Below, piece by piece: positions 1 to 9,559 of a stretch of 46,713 bases of DNA. The stretch comes from a virus (lineage: Duplodnaviria; Caudoviricetes). The notes beneath the pieces are model-generated. The model did no database searches. It was not told the DNA's origin and saw only the letters and a program-made list of their open reading frames with translations. The translations under genes were made by a program, and so were the position numbers. The stretch's first letter is position 1. Each line of letters starts with the position of its first letter. The stretch spans positions 1-46,713 of the IMG/VR virus record IMGVR_UViG_3300048598_000496; one strand, given 5' to 3'.

Positions 1-612
1 TCAGTCGTGGTCTTTGCTTCGAGCAGCCCATGCTCTTACACCGCGTCCACGTTCGGGAGCTTTCAGGATTCCCAAAGCCTCGCCCAGATTCTGGGAAAGC
101 GGACGTTGTCCTTTGACCTGCTCGTCCAAAGACAGTAAGGGCGAATAGTGAAGGCAAACCGCTCTATCTCTTTCGCTGTCTCTAATGTCGATCTTGTATT
201 CGTTGAAATGCGCCGAAACCAAAACATCCATTGCCGTTAAGGCGACGTTCAACATGGTCATAACTTTCGGCGTTTGCGTAATATCGCACATATGCTGGCA
301 AAGCTTCATCTGCTGCTCGTCGAATTCCGGATAAACCGAACGCACGCCGATACGGCGTCTGGTTGGTTTTATATCGACAATATCCATCATCACATGCGGC
401 ATTTCGAAATAGAACTTGCGTTCCTGTCTGAAATTATTCCCGCTTATATAAACGCCAAATCCAGCATTATGAATCCTGAACAACGTGCTTTGAAGCTGAA
501 CGGCATCCCAACAAACATGTTGGATTCCGGGCAAAGACGAACGATCCAAAATCCGTTGGATATGTACGATAATTTCTTTTGAACTTCCAATTTTCTTTCT
601 ATCTTTTTTCAC
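1..612 (-). CDS. hypothetical protein
   Basis: 203-aa ORF with no recognised motif and a basic C-terminus; start codon uncertain. Confidence 0.55.
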   Translation of the reverse strand: MKKDRKKIGSSKEIIVHIQRILDRSSLPGIQHVCWDAVQLQSTLFRIHNAGFGVYISGNNFRQERKFYFEMPHVMMDIVDIKPTRRRIGVRSVYPEFDEQQMKLCQHMCDITQTPKVMTMLNVALTAMDVLVSAHFNEYKIDIRDSERDRAVCLHYSPLLSLDEQVKGQRPLSQNLGEALGILKAPERGRGVRAWAARSKDHD

Positions 613-698
613 TTCAAGAATCCGATTACAAATACTCCAAGGATTCAGTCATAACTTTCCGGTATGGTTAATATCAAATAGTTTCGCTGTTAACCTTG

Positions 699-962
699 TT
701 ATTTCTCCTCGCCGCGACAGGCCGCCAAAGCGGCTTCCAGCTGGATTTCATAGGCTTTTCGCGTCTCGTTCTCGGCCATCAGGGCCCGAACCTTTTCGTA
801 AAATCCGGCATCGCGCGGCAAATTATCCAAAGGCCACAAAGGCTTTGGCACAGCCGAAGCGCAGGGAACGGGCGCCGGATATTCAACCGCTACCGGTCGG
901 TAAATGCTTTCGTTTCCACAGGACGCCATGAAAAGAAGTATCAAGAATCCACAGTATTTCAT
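699..962 (-). CDS. o-spanin (Rz1-like outer-membrane lipoprotein)
   Basis: Signal peptide with lipobox (LFMAS-C), Pro-rich VPCASAVPKPLWP, KVRALMAE..AYE..LEAALAAC pattern; at distal end of lysis cassette. Confidence 0.75.
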   Translation of the reverse strand: MKYCGFLILLFMASCGNESIYRPVAVEYPAPVPCASAVPKPLWPLDNLPRDAGFYEKVRALMAENETRKAYEIQLEAALAACRGEEK

Positions 963-1027
963 AATTTCTTTGCCTCGACCGATAGTTATTTGCTTAGATG
1001 ACGTCGTAATTCGAAAGGATTTGAAAA

Positions 1028-1675
1028 ATGAAACCGCAAAAAGACTCCGCCTTTTTTAATGGCCTTGCCCGCAGCGCTATCGCCGCAGGAAAAATCGATA
1101 TCGCTTATTCGGCATTCGCCTCAGCCGCCAAAGAAGGCGATGCCGAAGCCGCGTTCGAGCTTTATCGGCTGGACAAGATAACGGGGCAAAAGAGTAAACA
1201 ATCTCTCATGTGGCTTTTGAAGGCGGCTGACAAAAAATATGCTCCAGCCTTTCATTATCTCGGGCTCGAGTCTTATGAAGACGATGGATTGTCTCCAAGG
1301 GATAACGAACTCGCGGCAGTCTATTTCCTTAAAGCCGCTAAAAATGGCTACGCACCTTCATTCGAAGTTCTGGCACGCATCCACGCCCATAGCCATATCG
1401 CCAATACGACGCTTTCACAGGCCTTCTATTGGGCCCAGAAATCTCTTGTCGCAAAACAGAAAGACATGGCCTCGCTCCCGCCTATCTCTGTGGCTTCCGC
1501 CTCTCTTTTAACCGCAATCAAAAATGAAACCCGACTCCTCAACGAAATTTGCGAAAGCTCTGGAATCCTTCCATCGGCCACAAATGCAAACGGATTCGAT
1601 CTTTGGTTTCGTGATCAATCGAGATTTCCTCTCAACCCCGGAAAATTCGTTTTACCAAAGCCCGCGCCGAGATAA
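1028..1675 (+). CDS. Sel1-like (SLR/TPR) repeat protein
   Basis: Repeated Sel1 motifs: AAKEGDAEAAFELY, WLLKAADKKYAPAFHYLG, YFLKAAKNGYAPSFEVLA, AFYWAQKS. Confidence 0.85.
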   Translation: MKPQKDSAFFNGLARSAIAAGKIDIAYSAFASAAKEGDAEAAFELYRLDKITGQKSKQSLMWLLKAADKKYAPAFHYLGLESYEDDGLSPRDNELAAVYFLKAAKNGYAPSFEVLARIHAHSHIANTTLSQAFYWAQKSLVAKQKDMASLPPISVASASLLTAIKNETRLLNEICESSGILPSATNANGFDLWFRDQSRFPLNPGKFVLPKPAPR

Positions 1676-1716
1676 CCGCTCGATTTTATCGAGGAAAGTT
1701 TTTAACGGGCCGAATC

Positions 1717-2091
1717 TTATCTTCCTGCAAATTTTTCCATCAAGTCCCGAACGGCTTGGCATTCGTCGCCACCTGAAGTCATGCGCAGTATCCGCTTGGC
1801 AAGCTGGCGATGGGCCGTGGCCTCTTTCTCGGCGCGGATCATTGCCTTATCGCGCAGTTCGATCAAGCGGGCCGCCTCGATCTTGGCCTTACGCGCAGCC
1901 TCGGCGGCGCTTTTGGTTTTCTCGGCCCAGTCGGCATTGATATTGCGGCATATGGCGACGTCGGCCTGCGTCTTGGCAAGCTCGGCCTCTAAATGCGCGC
2001 GCGACACAACAAGCCATAAAACAAAACTCGCCAAGCCCAGCGCCATGCCGCCGGCCACGATTATTTTCCAGTTATCGGGTAAGGCCATCAT
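1717..2091 (-). CDS. i-spanin (Rz-like)
   Basis: One N-terminal TM helix (IIVAGGMALGLASFVLWLVV), Ala-rich coiled coil, C-terminal Cys; follows holin. Start trimmed to MMALPD. Confidence 0.7.
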   Translation of the reverse strand: MMALPDNWKIIVAGGMALGLASFVLWLVVSRAHLEAELAKTQADVAICRNINADWAEKTKSAAEAARKAKIEAARLIELRDKAMIRAEKEATAHRQLAKRILRMTSGGDECQAVRDLMEKFAGR

Positions 2092-2326
2092 CCTTGTCCT
2101 TTGGTTCCGAATGTTCCTTGATCGCAATCCCGCCGGAGCCTCCAAACAAAAGCCCCGTCAACCCCATGCTGTAATTCAGCGCGTCGAACGGATGAGCTGA
2201 CACGAAGACATCGATCGCCGCGAACAGAATCAGACTAAAAAAGCCGATAAACAAAAGCACCCGCGCGATCTCGTAGGTTTCGTTATCCCGCCCCGTCAAG
2301 ATCATACGAAAAAACCCGCGCATCAC
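2072..2326 (-). CDS. putative holin (2 TM)
   Basis: 84 aa with two hydrophobic segments and a charged C-tail; start overlaps lysozyme stop. Confidence 0.65.
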   Translation of the reverse strand: MMRGFFRMILTGRDNETYEIARVLLFIGFFSLILFAAIDVFVSAHPFDALNYSMGLTGLLFGGSGGIAIKEHSEPKDKDDGLTR

Positions 2327-2832
2327 GCATCCCCGACGGGTTTATTCCACAGCCTTCCCTCGGCAGCGCGACGGCGGGCCAGACCGCCCAGAACCTCGTT
2401 ATTCGCGCGGTTCCAACGCATTAATTGCGCGGGAACCTGTTCGTACCATCCGCGATTCAGAAGCTTCAACAAGGTCGATTGCTCGAAATTGCCCTCGCCC
2501 ACATTGAAAACGAAACTGGCCAAGGCCGCATACTGGTTTTCGTTCAACGGCACCTTGACCAGACGCGTCACGACAAAGGCCGCGCTTTTCAAATCCTGCT
2601 GAAGCAGCGCATCGGCCTCTTCCGGCGTAATATTCATGCCCATGCGAACGCCGGACGTATGGCCATAGCCAATGCTCCAAACCTTGGCAGGACACATATA
2701 AGGGGTCAGATGAAGCCCTTCGAATTCCTTGACCAAGGCCACGCCATCGTCGTTCACGTCGCGCGTCAGCCAAAAAGCCGCCGATAGCGGCATATCTTTT
2801 TGCGAATATTCCATTTTTAAGGCGTCCTTCAT
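2323..2832 (-). CDS. endolysin, GH24 phage lysozyme
   Basis: VKEFEG..YMCPAKVWSIGYGHT, ALASFVFNVG, STLLKLLN, GLARRRAAE; ATG at 2832 overlaps upstream TGA (ATGA). Confidence 0.95.
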   Translation of the reverse strand: MKDALKMEYSQKDMPLSAAFWLTRDVNDDGVALVKEFEGLHLTPYMCPAKVWSIGYGHTSGVRMGMNITPEEADALLQQDLKSAAFVVTRLVKVPLNENQYAALASFVFNVGEGNFEQSTLLKLLNRGWYEQVPAQLMRWNRANNEVLGGLARRRAAEGRLWNKPVGDA

Positions 2833-3116
2833 CGCCGCGATTGCTTTTCGATTTGTTCCAAGAATCTCAATTGCGCTTCCTGTCTTTCTTCGATGCGCGC
2901 CAAGCGATCCGAAATCCGGTTCAAGCTTTTCGAAAAATCCGCGAGCGAGGTTTCCAATCCCCTCACCCTCTCGGACAGAAAAAAAAGGTCGCGCTCTTTT
3001 CCGGCGGCCCACCAGATCGCCGTCGCGGCCTGCAGCAAAATGGCCAAAACCAAGGCCAAAGGCACGCGTCGACCGTTCCCTTCTTCAAGGGCCAACTTCA
3101 TTGTTTTCTTGAGCAT
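2829..3116 (-). CDS. small membrane/coiled-coil phage protein of the lysis region
   Basis: RRVPLALVLAILLQAATAIWWA TM segment, then RLARIEERQ coiled coil; coupled to lysozyme. Confidence 0.7.
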   Translation of the reverse strand: MLKKTMKLALEEGNGRRVPLALVLAILLQAATAIWWAAGKERDLFFLSERVRGLETSLADFSKSLNRISDRLARIEERQEAQLRFLEQIEKQSRR

Positions 3117-3292
3117 ATTTTTACCTTGTTATGAGCAGGCCGACAGGATGGCTCGACATCGCTCGTTCTGCGCCTCGCCTTGCGCTACTGAAGGTCGAGA
3201 TTGTTCTTCAAAATTATCTTCAATGCCCAGAGCGCAAGGCTCCTCGCAACCGCTCGCGACCTCAAATGATTTATATTCATTCTATCCTAGGA

Positions 3293-3886
3293 TCAGGCTT
3301 TCGTTACCCGCACGCGCCATGTGCCAGAGGCCAAGGTCACGCTGGCCCCCGTCCCGTTTTGAACGCGAACAACGACACTGCTCGCCGCGCTGACATAGGC
3401 CGAGGCCACAACGCCTTGCAGATCATAGGGCGCGGCAACGACGGCAAAATCCCCCAAGGCCGCCCCTGTAACGGTCTGCGCCGACGAAGTAACTCCCGCC
3501 CCCATAGCGATGGCACCAGGATTCCACGTAAAGGTCGCATCCAAGGTCGGCGAGGCAATCGCGCTCCAAGCGCTGCCTGTATAATAAAGATATTTATTAT
3601 CCGCGACCGACCAGACGATCCATCCGGTCTTGGGGGTTTTGAATTTCCATCCCGAATAATAGGCCGCCAGAGAACCGCCGTATCCGCTCCACGCGCCGGT
3701 AGGGCTTGCCGCAATAATATAGGTATCGCCCGAATTGGGCGACGTTGGCGGCGTGGTCAAGCTTCGGCTGATAACGGAAGGTTGCGCCAGAAAATCGATA
3801 TCGTTCAGCGCATCGTTATGCGTGACTTCTTTCTGCGCTTGCGAGGTGGCGATATAGGCCATCGCAAGGCGTGGGCTTGTGGTCAT
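3293..3886 (-). CDS. DUF2793 tail-fibre protein
   Basis: SQAQKEVTHNDAL..D...PPTSPNSGDTYIIAASPTGAWSG..W.F..P..GW DUF2793 signature; AAGGAGG RBS before ATG 3886. Confidence 0.9.
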   Translation of the reverse strand: MTTSPRLAMAYIATSQAQKEVTHNDALNDIDFLAQPSVISRSLTTPPTSPNSGDTYIIAASPTGAWSGYGGSLAAYYSGWKFKTPKTGWIVWSVADNKYLYYTGSAWSAIASPTLDATFTWNPGAIAMGAGVTSSAQTVTGAALGDFAVVAAPYDLQGVVASAYVSAASSVVVRVQNGTGASVTLASGTWRVRVTKA

Positions 3887-3896
3887 GTTTTCCTCC

Positions 3897-6800
3897 TTAA
3901 ATAATCGCTGTTCCGGCGTTCCCGCGTCCATAGCGCGTGCCGATCTGATAGATTTTCACGGTAAAGCCCGATGGTATCGAGGCGCCGAAATCCGCCGTTT
4001 GTTGCGCGGCAGTGTAAACAACGGTGGGCGTGTTAAGACCGATAAAGCTTCGGATCAGGGTCGCGCCGTTATAAATCTCGACATCATATTGTTCGGTATC
4101 TTCGTCCAGCGGCGTATCGATATAATCGACCCAATCGGCGTTGATCCGCGCGCGGCGCACCCACGACAAGGTTAAATCGCTTCCCGTTCCGTATGTGCGG
4201 TTCCCTCGAATTTGCGAAGGGGCAAAAGGTCGCAGAGCGACGTTCGATCCTGAATAAGAAAAGGCCGCCCCCTCGCTCAAGCTTTGCCCGTGCGATAGAG
4301 CCTTGAAATAATAAGCCTTCCCGCGATCCGTCAAAAGGCACGGCATAAATTCCACAGATGATGAGTTCAATAACACAAACCGCTCGCCAACGGCGTGGGT
4401 TGAGGTGGCTGCCTCGGTTCCGCGCCGACCGCGCAGAAGCATAGATAACGTATATTGCCCAGGTGCCGTCAGGACCGCCGACTGGAATTGGATAATCTCG
4501 TCGCCGACTAGGGCGGCGTTCATGCCGTTTAAAAGATCAACCTCGGCGCAACTGGCAAGGCTTCCTTGATAAAGCTGAATGGTAAGGCTATTCCCCCGAT
4601 CCAAATATTCCGAAGGCGCAGCCGCCAAAGCCGTCGTCGCAATCCCCGCAACCGCCGCCGTGTCGAACGAGGCGACTTGCGTATAATTGGCATTATCCGG
4701 CGACCGCCACAGACTGCCGCCCTTCCACCCATCCAATCCGGAAAAGGCGACATAAAATCCGGGCTGATTATCCTCGGCACGCAACAATGGAATATCCATG
4801 ATAAACGGGATCGAAGCGACCGCCGCCGTTGTCGAATTATCGGCGGTCCGGTTGACATCCGCCTCGGCATCGCTGGTCACGGCTTGATCGGGGATCAGAC
4901 TTCCGCTTGCGGCCAAAACGCCGCTTTCCAAACTCAGGCTTTCGATCCGCATCAAGCCATCGTCGAGCGAAACGACGTCCGAAGGGTCTAGCGCCAAATG
5001 TTTTCTGGATAAAAAGATTCTGGCCTTGTCGCGTTCGCTCCACAGAGAATAAAGGCGAGCCTCCGCAATCTGTTTGGCTTTGCTGGCCGTCGCCACAATC
5101 GGAAGGGATAGTTTTGCAACCGCCTTCGCGCCGCGCGTCGCCAACCTTCTGGCGCGCTGCGTTCCGGTTTCATAATCGCGGCTGGCATCGATATAATCCA
5201 CGGTGATTTCAAGCGGCAGATCCAGTTCCTGCAATCGGGTCACGGCGACGGGAGGTTCGATTTTATCCGAGGTCGAGGCCTGAAGATCAGCGTTGTCAAT
5301 CGTAGCGCAAGCCGTATTGCCGCGCAGAACGGCGCGAAGCCGACCGGAAGTTTCGATCAAATCGAAAGGCTGATAGACCTGAAGCGGTTCGATAGCCTTG
5401 GCCGCCGTCATGGGATCGTCAAGAACATAGCCATTCAACGAAGTGTCCGAAAGCGCGCTGACGTCGAAATCGCCCGCCCCATAACCCGCGCGGGTAAGAA
5501 TGGCAGCCGTTACATGATCCAAGGTATCGCCGGTTTGGCATCTTTCGATAATGGCCAGCTGAGCAATCTCGTAATTCGGCGTCGCGACGGCCTGAAGCAG
5601 AAGCCTTGTGCCGTCCAGAAGAAAGGCGCTGAAATTCAGGCACGGATAGTCGTAACCGGGAACGATCCTGTCGTCCGTCGCCCATGAAAAACCGGCATCG
5701 TCCAACGAAATTTCGCTTAGCCTATAATAATTATCGGTCGAACGGCGCTGAACCATAATCAGTCTGTCGCCATACCTGACTGGCGAGTCGCAAGCCATGA
5801 CCTGAGCCCCGACATGGGTCAAGCTTTGCCATGGACGTACCGTCGTAACGCCAGTCGCCGTCGGCCGAAACGACATCAACTGAACATTCAGCGAAGTTGT
5901 AAAAACAATCGTCCACTCGCCCGTCGCGGTTTTTATGATCTGCGCCGTCGCGCCGGAACCTGTCGTGCTTTGCGTATAATTGGATGTAATCGAGAAAACG
6001 TCGCCAACCGCGATTGAGTTGTTTTGCCAGTATAAGGGGCGCGCCAAAAGCGATGTAAAATAGCCGAACCCGTTCGATACGATATGAAGCAGCGCTCCGT
6101 CGACCGGAATAAACTGGCTGTAAAAGAACGGATAGAGCGACGAAGCCGTTCCCGCGCCCCAAACGCCTGTGAACCCAAGATCGACAATATTCAGTCCCGA
6201 GCGCGCGAATAACCTTACCCCGCGCACGCCATTCAAAACATCGCTGATGATAAAATGAAGCGGATCGATCCAATAGACTTGCTTGAAGGTTTCGGGCGAC
6301 TGAGCATAGCTATAGATCGAGCCAAACTTCCGCGTCTCGGCATCAAAGATCACAAAGCGATAGGTTGTCGTATTGCCGTTGTCTTGACAATAGAAAGCGA
6401 CGAACCTGCCGTCGGGCGATACCGCCCACGAAGCATCGGATAGAGTCGAATAGGAAAAGGCATCGCCAATTGTTTTCGCGTTTAGGGCCGGAGCTTCGCC
6501 CGTCACATCATAGTCGGCGACGGTAAAGGCCAGGGTCGATCCGCTTTTGGTAAAACCGCCAATCAGAACACGGCTGGCGCGCGCCGAACTTCCGCCAATC
6601 ACGATGGGCGGCATGGCGTTGCTGCGGGCAATCGCCGCGTTCTGGTTGATATAGGTTCGCACATAGCCAAGCCACGCAGGGGTGGCGACGGTATTGGCCG
6701 GAAGAATTTCAAACGTCAGGCTGGGCAAACGATTGCCGAAGCTTTTCAGCTGAAGCCCCTGAAGCACCATATAGGAAAGCCCGCGATAGGCAGGAACCGC

Positions 6801-7325
6801 GCCGCTGCCGATATAGGATTCCATGATCGGATCGACCTCTTGCGTCGCCGTGCCTTTATATAGCGTCGCGCTATCCAAAAGGCCGTCGCTCCAGACGCCA
6901 TTTTGATAAATAATTTTCGTGTCGGCCCAAATGGTCAGGACGCCGCCGATTTCACCATCGGTCAAAGCAATCGCGCAATCGATGCTATAGCTATAGGTCG
7001 TGGTCGAAGATCCGCTGGAAACCAACCCGCCTTTGCCGGAAAGGGCCGAGGCTGCGTGTTTGGTTTCGACAATATCCGACGCCCAGATGAAATTGCCTTC
7101 GACCCGTGTTTGCCCAAAGGCGACGGGTATGCCCTTGCCATATTGGGAATCCGATACGCGCAGATTGGTCAGGCGCGAACCTTCGGACGAGGCCGAAAGA
7201 CCGACATAACGGTCGATATTCGTCCCGATCTTCGTTCCCAAAGTTCCGAACAAACGGCTGCCAAGTCCGGGCAACAGCGAGCTGCCTATCCCGCCGCCAA
7301 CGCTGGAGAGAATGACTGAGGCCAT
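3897..7325 (-). CDS. GTA-like baseplate/host-specificity protein (megatron, RcGTA g15-like)
   Basis: N-terminal SQYGKGIPVAFGQTRVEGNFIW, PAYRGLSY..FGNRLPSLTFE; C-terminal EIIQF..LLRGRRGTE, LSWVRRAR; 1142 aa. Confidence 0.92.
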   Translation of the reverse strand: MASVILSSVGGGIGSSLLPGLGSRLFGTLGTKIGTNIDRYVGLSASSEGSRLTNLRVSDSQYGKGIPVAFGQTRVEGNFIWASDIVETKHAASALSGKGGLVSSGSSTTTYSYSIDCAIALTDGEIGGVLTIWADTKIIYQNGVWSDGLLDSATLYKGTATQEVDPIMESYIGSGAVPAYRGLSYMVLQGLQLKSFGNRLPSLTFEILPANTVATPAWLGYVRTYINQNAAIARSNAMPPIVIGGSSARASRVLIGGFTKSGSTLAFTVADYDVTGEAPALNAKTIGDAFSYSTLSDASWAVSPDGRFVAFYCQDNGNTTTYRFVIFDAETRKFGSIYSYAQSPETFKQVYWIDPLHFIISDVLNGVRGVRLFARSGLNIVDLGFTGVWGAGTASSLYPFFYSQFIPVDGALLHIVSNGFGYFTSLLARPLYWQNNSIAVGDVFSITSNYTQSTTGSGATAQIIKTATGEWTIVFTTSLNVQLMSFRPTATGVTTVRPWQSLTHVGAQVMACDSPVRYGDRLIMVQRRSTDNYYRLSEISLDDAGFSWATDDRIVPGYDYPCLNFSAFLLDGTRLLLQAVATPNYEIAQLAIIERCQTGDTLDHVTAAILTRAGYGAGDFDVSALSDTSLNGYVLDDPMTAAKAIEPLQVYQPFDLIETSGRLRAVLRGNTACATIDNADLQASTSDKIEPPVAVTRLQELDLPLEITVDYIDASRDYETGTQRARRLATRGAKAVAKLSLPIVATASKAKQIAEARLYSLWSERDKARIFLSRKHLALDPSDVVSLDDGLMRIESLSLESGVLAASGSLIPDQAVTSDAEADVNRTADNSTTAAVASIPFIMDIPLLRAEDNQPGFYVAFSGLDGWKGGSLWRSPDNANYTQVASFDTAAVAGIATTALAAAPSEYLDRGNSLTIQLYQGSLASCAEVDLLNGMNAALVGDEIIQFQSAVLTAPGQYTLSMLLRGRRGTEAATSTHAVGERFVLLNSSSVEFMPCLLTDRGKAYYFKALSHGQSLSEGAAFSYSGSNVALRPFAPSQIRGNRTYGTGSDLTLSWVRRARINADWVDYIDTPLDEDTEQYDVEIYNGATLIRSFIGLNTPTVVYTAAQQTADFGASIPSGFTVKIYQIGTRYGRGNAGTAII

Positions 7326-7328
7326 CTT

Positions 7329-7736
7329 TTATTCCTTGATTCTGTAAACACCCAGAAGACGCCGACGCCAGTAATCGCCGATGCCGGTTTCCACCACGCG
7401 GCCCACAGGGGCAAAGGCGTGGATCATTGTTTGTTCGCCCGTCGCCAAGGCGACATGCTGGGGCTGATTGTCGTAACGAAACAGCAAAAGGTCGCCCGAT
7501 TGAATCGCATCGACCTTTTTGAAACCATGGGCCAGGATCGCCGCGACAAGCTTTTGTCCGTCGGGGCGCACGCCGTAATCGGTTTGATCGTGAACCTGAA
7601 TGCCCGCCGATCTCAATGAAACAACAACAAGACCGATACAATCCAAACCCACCCCTGCCGTCCGGCCCTGATGATGAAAGGGCGTACCAAGACATCCCCG
7701 CGCCGCGTGGATCAGGTTTAGCGATAAGTCGCTCAT
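7329..7736 (-). CDS. NlpC/P60 tail peptidase (g14-like)
   Basis: GTPFHHQGR..GLDCIGL, PQHVAL, MIHA. Confidence 0.95.
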   Translation of the reverse strand: MSDLSLNLIHAARGCLGTPFHHQGRTAGVGLDCIGLVVVSLRSAGIQVHDQTDYGVRPDGQKLVAAILAHGFKKVDAIQSGDLLLFRYDNQPQHVALATGEQTMIHAFAPVGRVVETGIGDYWRRRLLGVYRIKE

Positions 7737-8575
7737 CAGCTGCTTTCCGGATATTGCAAAATCTTCGACAGTCCCGGCAAATGCGGAAAGCCGCCAAAGT
7801 TGATCGCATTGTTGAATTTGCTTTGGCAGGTCGAGAACTTTTTATCGCACCCCGGAACGACGGAATAGGCATCGCCGACCGCGATATCGTTCGGCATCGG
7901 CAACCAAAGGGTAAAACGATACGAAGCCAGATCCCAGCTTTTGACTTCCATGGACAGGCCTTTGTTGGCGCCGGAAGTCCATGTCAAAAGGCCGTAATCG
8001 AACAAGCCATTCGTGGAAGAGTTCGATCCGTCGCAAAATTCGCTGCGGCTGGAAACAAGGCTGACCTTTCCAAGAACCGGAGAAAGACTGACGCCGCAAA
8101 GCGCGCAACCAAGATCGTGACGGCATTCCGGCGTAAAACGATTTCCGACCGTACGTTGCAACAGATCGTGAAAGCCGCGAAGTTCGGCCTTGAACGATCC
8201 GTTTTCGATCTTGACCTCTCCCAGCCATCCGCGACGAAGTTGAACCGTGCCTTGCGACGCATCGGCCCAATTGCATAGATAAACATCGATCCGCGCATGG
8301 TCGTAAAGGCCTGACCTAAGATCCTGTTCGTCGATCAAATCGCTTTGCAACAGGCCAAGGGCTTCGAAATCGTTCGTTTTCAAAGCGGCGTCGGATTCCA
8401 GCTTTTCGGTAGAAAAACTGCCGTTCGCGACATAGGTCACGCCCGCAATGACAAGATCGCGGTCATGCGTCGTAAAACCAAGTATGGTTCCGTCGGCGCG
8501 CGTAATTTTGATTAAGGTCGCAATGGTCGTATCGCCGGACAAATGGTTTTGCAAAGAGGCGGATAGGGTTTTCAT
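7736..8575 (-). CDS. DUF2163 baseplate hub (g13-like)
   Basis: GFTTHDRDL, CRHDLG..CGV, GCDKKFSTC..KFNN..NFGGFPHLPG. Confidence 0.95.
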   Translation of the reverse strand: MKTLSASLQNHLSGDTTIATLIKITRADGTILGFTTHDRDLVIAGVTYVANGSFSTEKLESDAALKTNDFEALGLLQSDLIDEQDLRSGLYDHARIDVYLCNWADASQGTVQLRRGWLGEVKIENGSFKAELRGFHDLLQRTVGNRFTPECRHDLGCALCGVSLSPVLGKVSLVSSRSEFCDGSNSSTNGLFDYGLLTWTSGANKGLSMEVKSWDLASYRFTLWLPMPNDIAVGDAYSVVPGCDKKFSTCQSKFNNAINFGGFPHLPGLSKILQYPESS

Positions 8576-9192
8576 GCGCGTATCTCGACCATGGGGACTT
8601 CGCCTTGAAACAGATTTCCGTCTTCGGATATCAGGTTCAGGATATCCGTATCGAAACGCACCGGAACGTCGAACAAGAAACCCGCCGTAACAATGGAACC
8701 CGACGCTGGTGCCAAAGCAAAAGTCACGACGCCCGATGTCGCATTCACTGTCCAGCCGCTTGTTTGAGCAACCCCGCCAAGGCCAATCAATATCGAACCA
8801 GACACAGGCTTTTGAATATTCCGCGCGAAAGAGCCGTTATTTTTGACAAGTTGAAACGAGGTTGTGCCCCCGTCGCCCGTGCCGAGAATTTGGTCGTCGA
8901 ACGAAGGCGACGAAATGCCGTCGGAAGCCGAAGAATAATCGTTCCAGTCCTTCAGACGAAAACCGCGCGCGCGACCGGCCCGTGCCTGAAAGAAGGCGGA
9001 GAGGGTCGCCGCGTCGGCAAAACTTTTGACGCCCGTGCGCGCTTCGTAGCGGCGGCGCGGTTGCGACCAAAGCTGGTTGCGACGTTCGTAGCCGCCCGCG
9101 ATTGTCACGACCTCGGTCATGAACTGGGGCCCGCCCGACGAGCCATAGCCTGCCCGAAGCGGAAACTGGATTTCATCGAAAGCGGTTGTCAT
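8572..9192 (-). CDS. DUF2460 distal tail protein (g12-like)
   Basis: FDEIQFP..SSGGPQF.TEVV..GYERRN..W, AFFQARAGRARGFRLKDW, AGFLFDVPVRFDTD; ATG 9192. Confidence 0.95.
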   Translation of the reverse strand: MTTAFDEIQFPLRAGYGSSGGPQFMTEVVTIAGGYERRNQLWSQPRRRYEARTGVKSFADAATLSAFFQARAGRARGFRLKDWNDYSSASDGISSPSFDDQILGTGDGGTTSFQLVKNNGSFARNIQKPVSGSILIGLGGVAQTSGWTVNATSGVVTFALAPASGSIVTAGFLFDVPVRFDTDILNLISEDGNLFQGEVPMVEIRA

Positions 9193-9515
9193 AGCAAGCC
9201 CCCCTCTTCCGCCCACAGATCCAGCCATTCGTTTTTCTCGTCACGATCGACGATGGCGCGGACAACAAAGCTGCGCGATCCGAAGACCAGCCTCATGCCC
9301 GTCGAAATATCCTCGCGATAACGCAAGACGATCTTGTGGGTCAGACGGCGATTGTAATTTGAGACCACGACGACCGTATCCGTCGCAATCGGGATCAGCT
9401 CGGCCCACAAGGGCGCTATATCGATCCAGCTACCTTTTTTGCCGCCTGATCCGTCGGGAACCAACGTTTCTTTTTGCAGCGTCATGCGCTTATTCAGATT
9501 TCCCGTCGCCATCAA
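9189..9515 (-). CDS. head closure/stopper protein (SPP1 gp16, g7-like)
   Basis: GNLNKRMTLQ..DGSGG...W..LWAE, THKIVLRYREDISTGMRL. Confidence 0.9.
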   Translation of the reverse strand: MMATGNLNKRMTLQKETLVPDGSGGKKGSWIDIAPLWAELIPIATDTVVVVSNYNRRLTHKIVLRYREDISTGMRLVFGSRSFVVRAIVDRDEKNEWLDLWAEEGGLL

Positions 9516-9559
9516 ACACTCCTATAAATATATTTGATAACTTCATTCCAATTTTGGGT

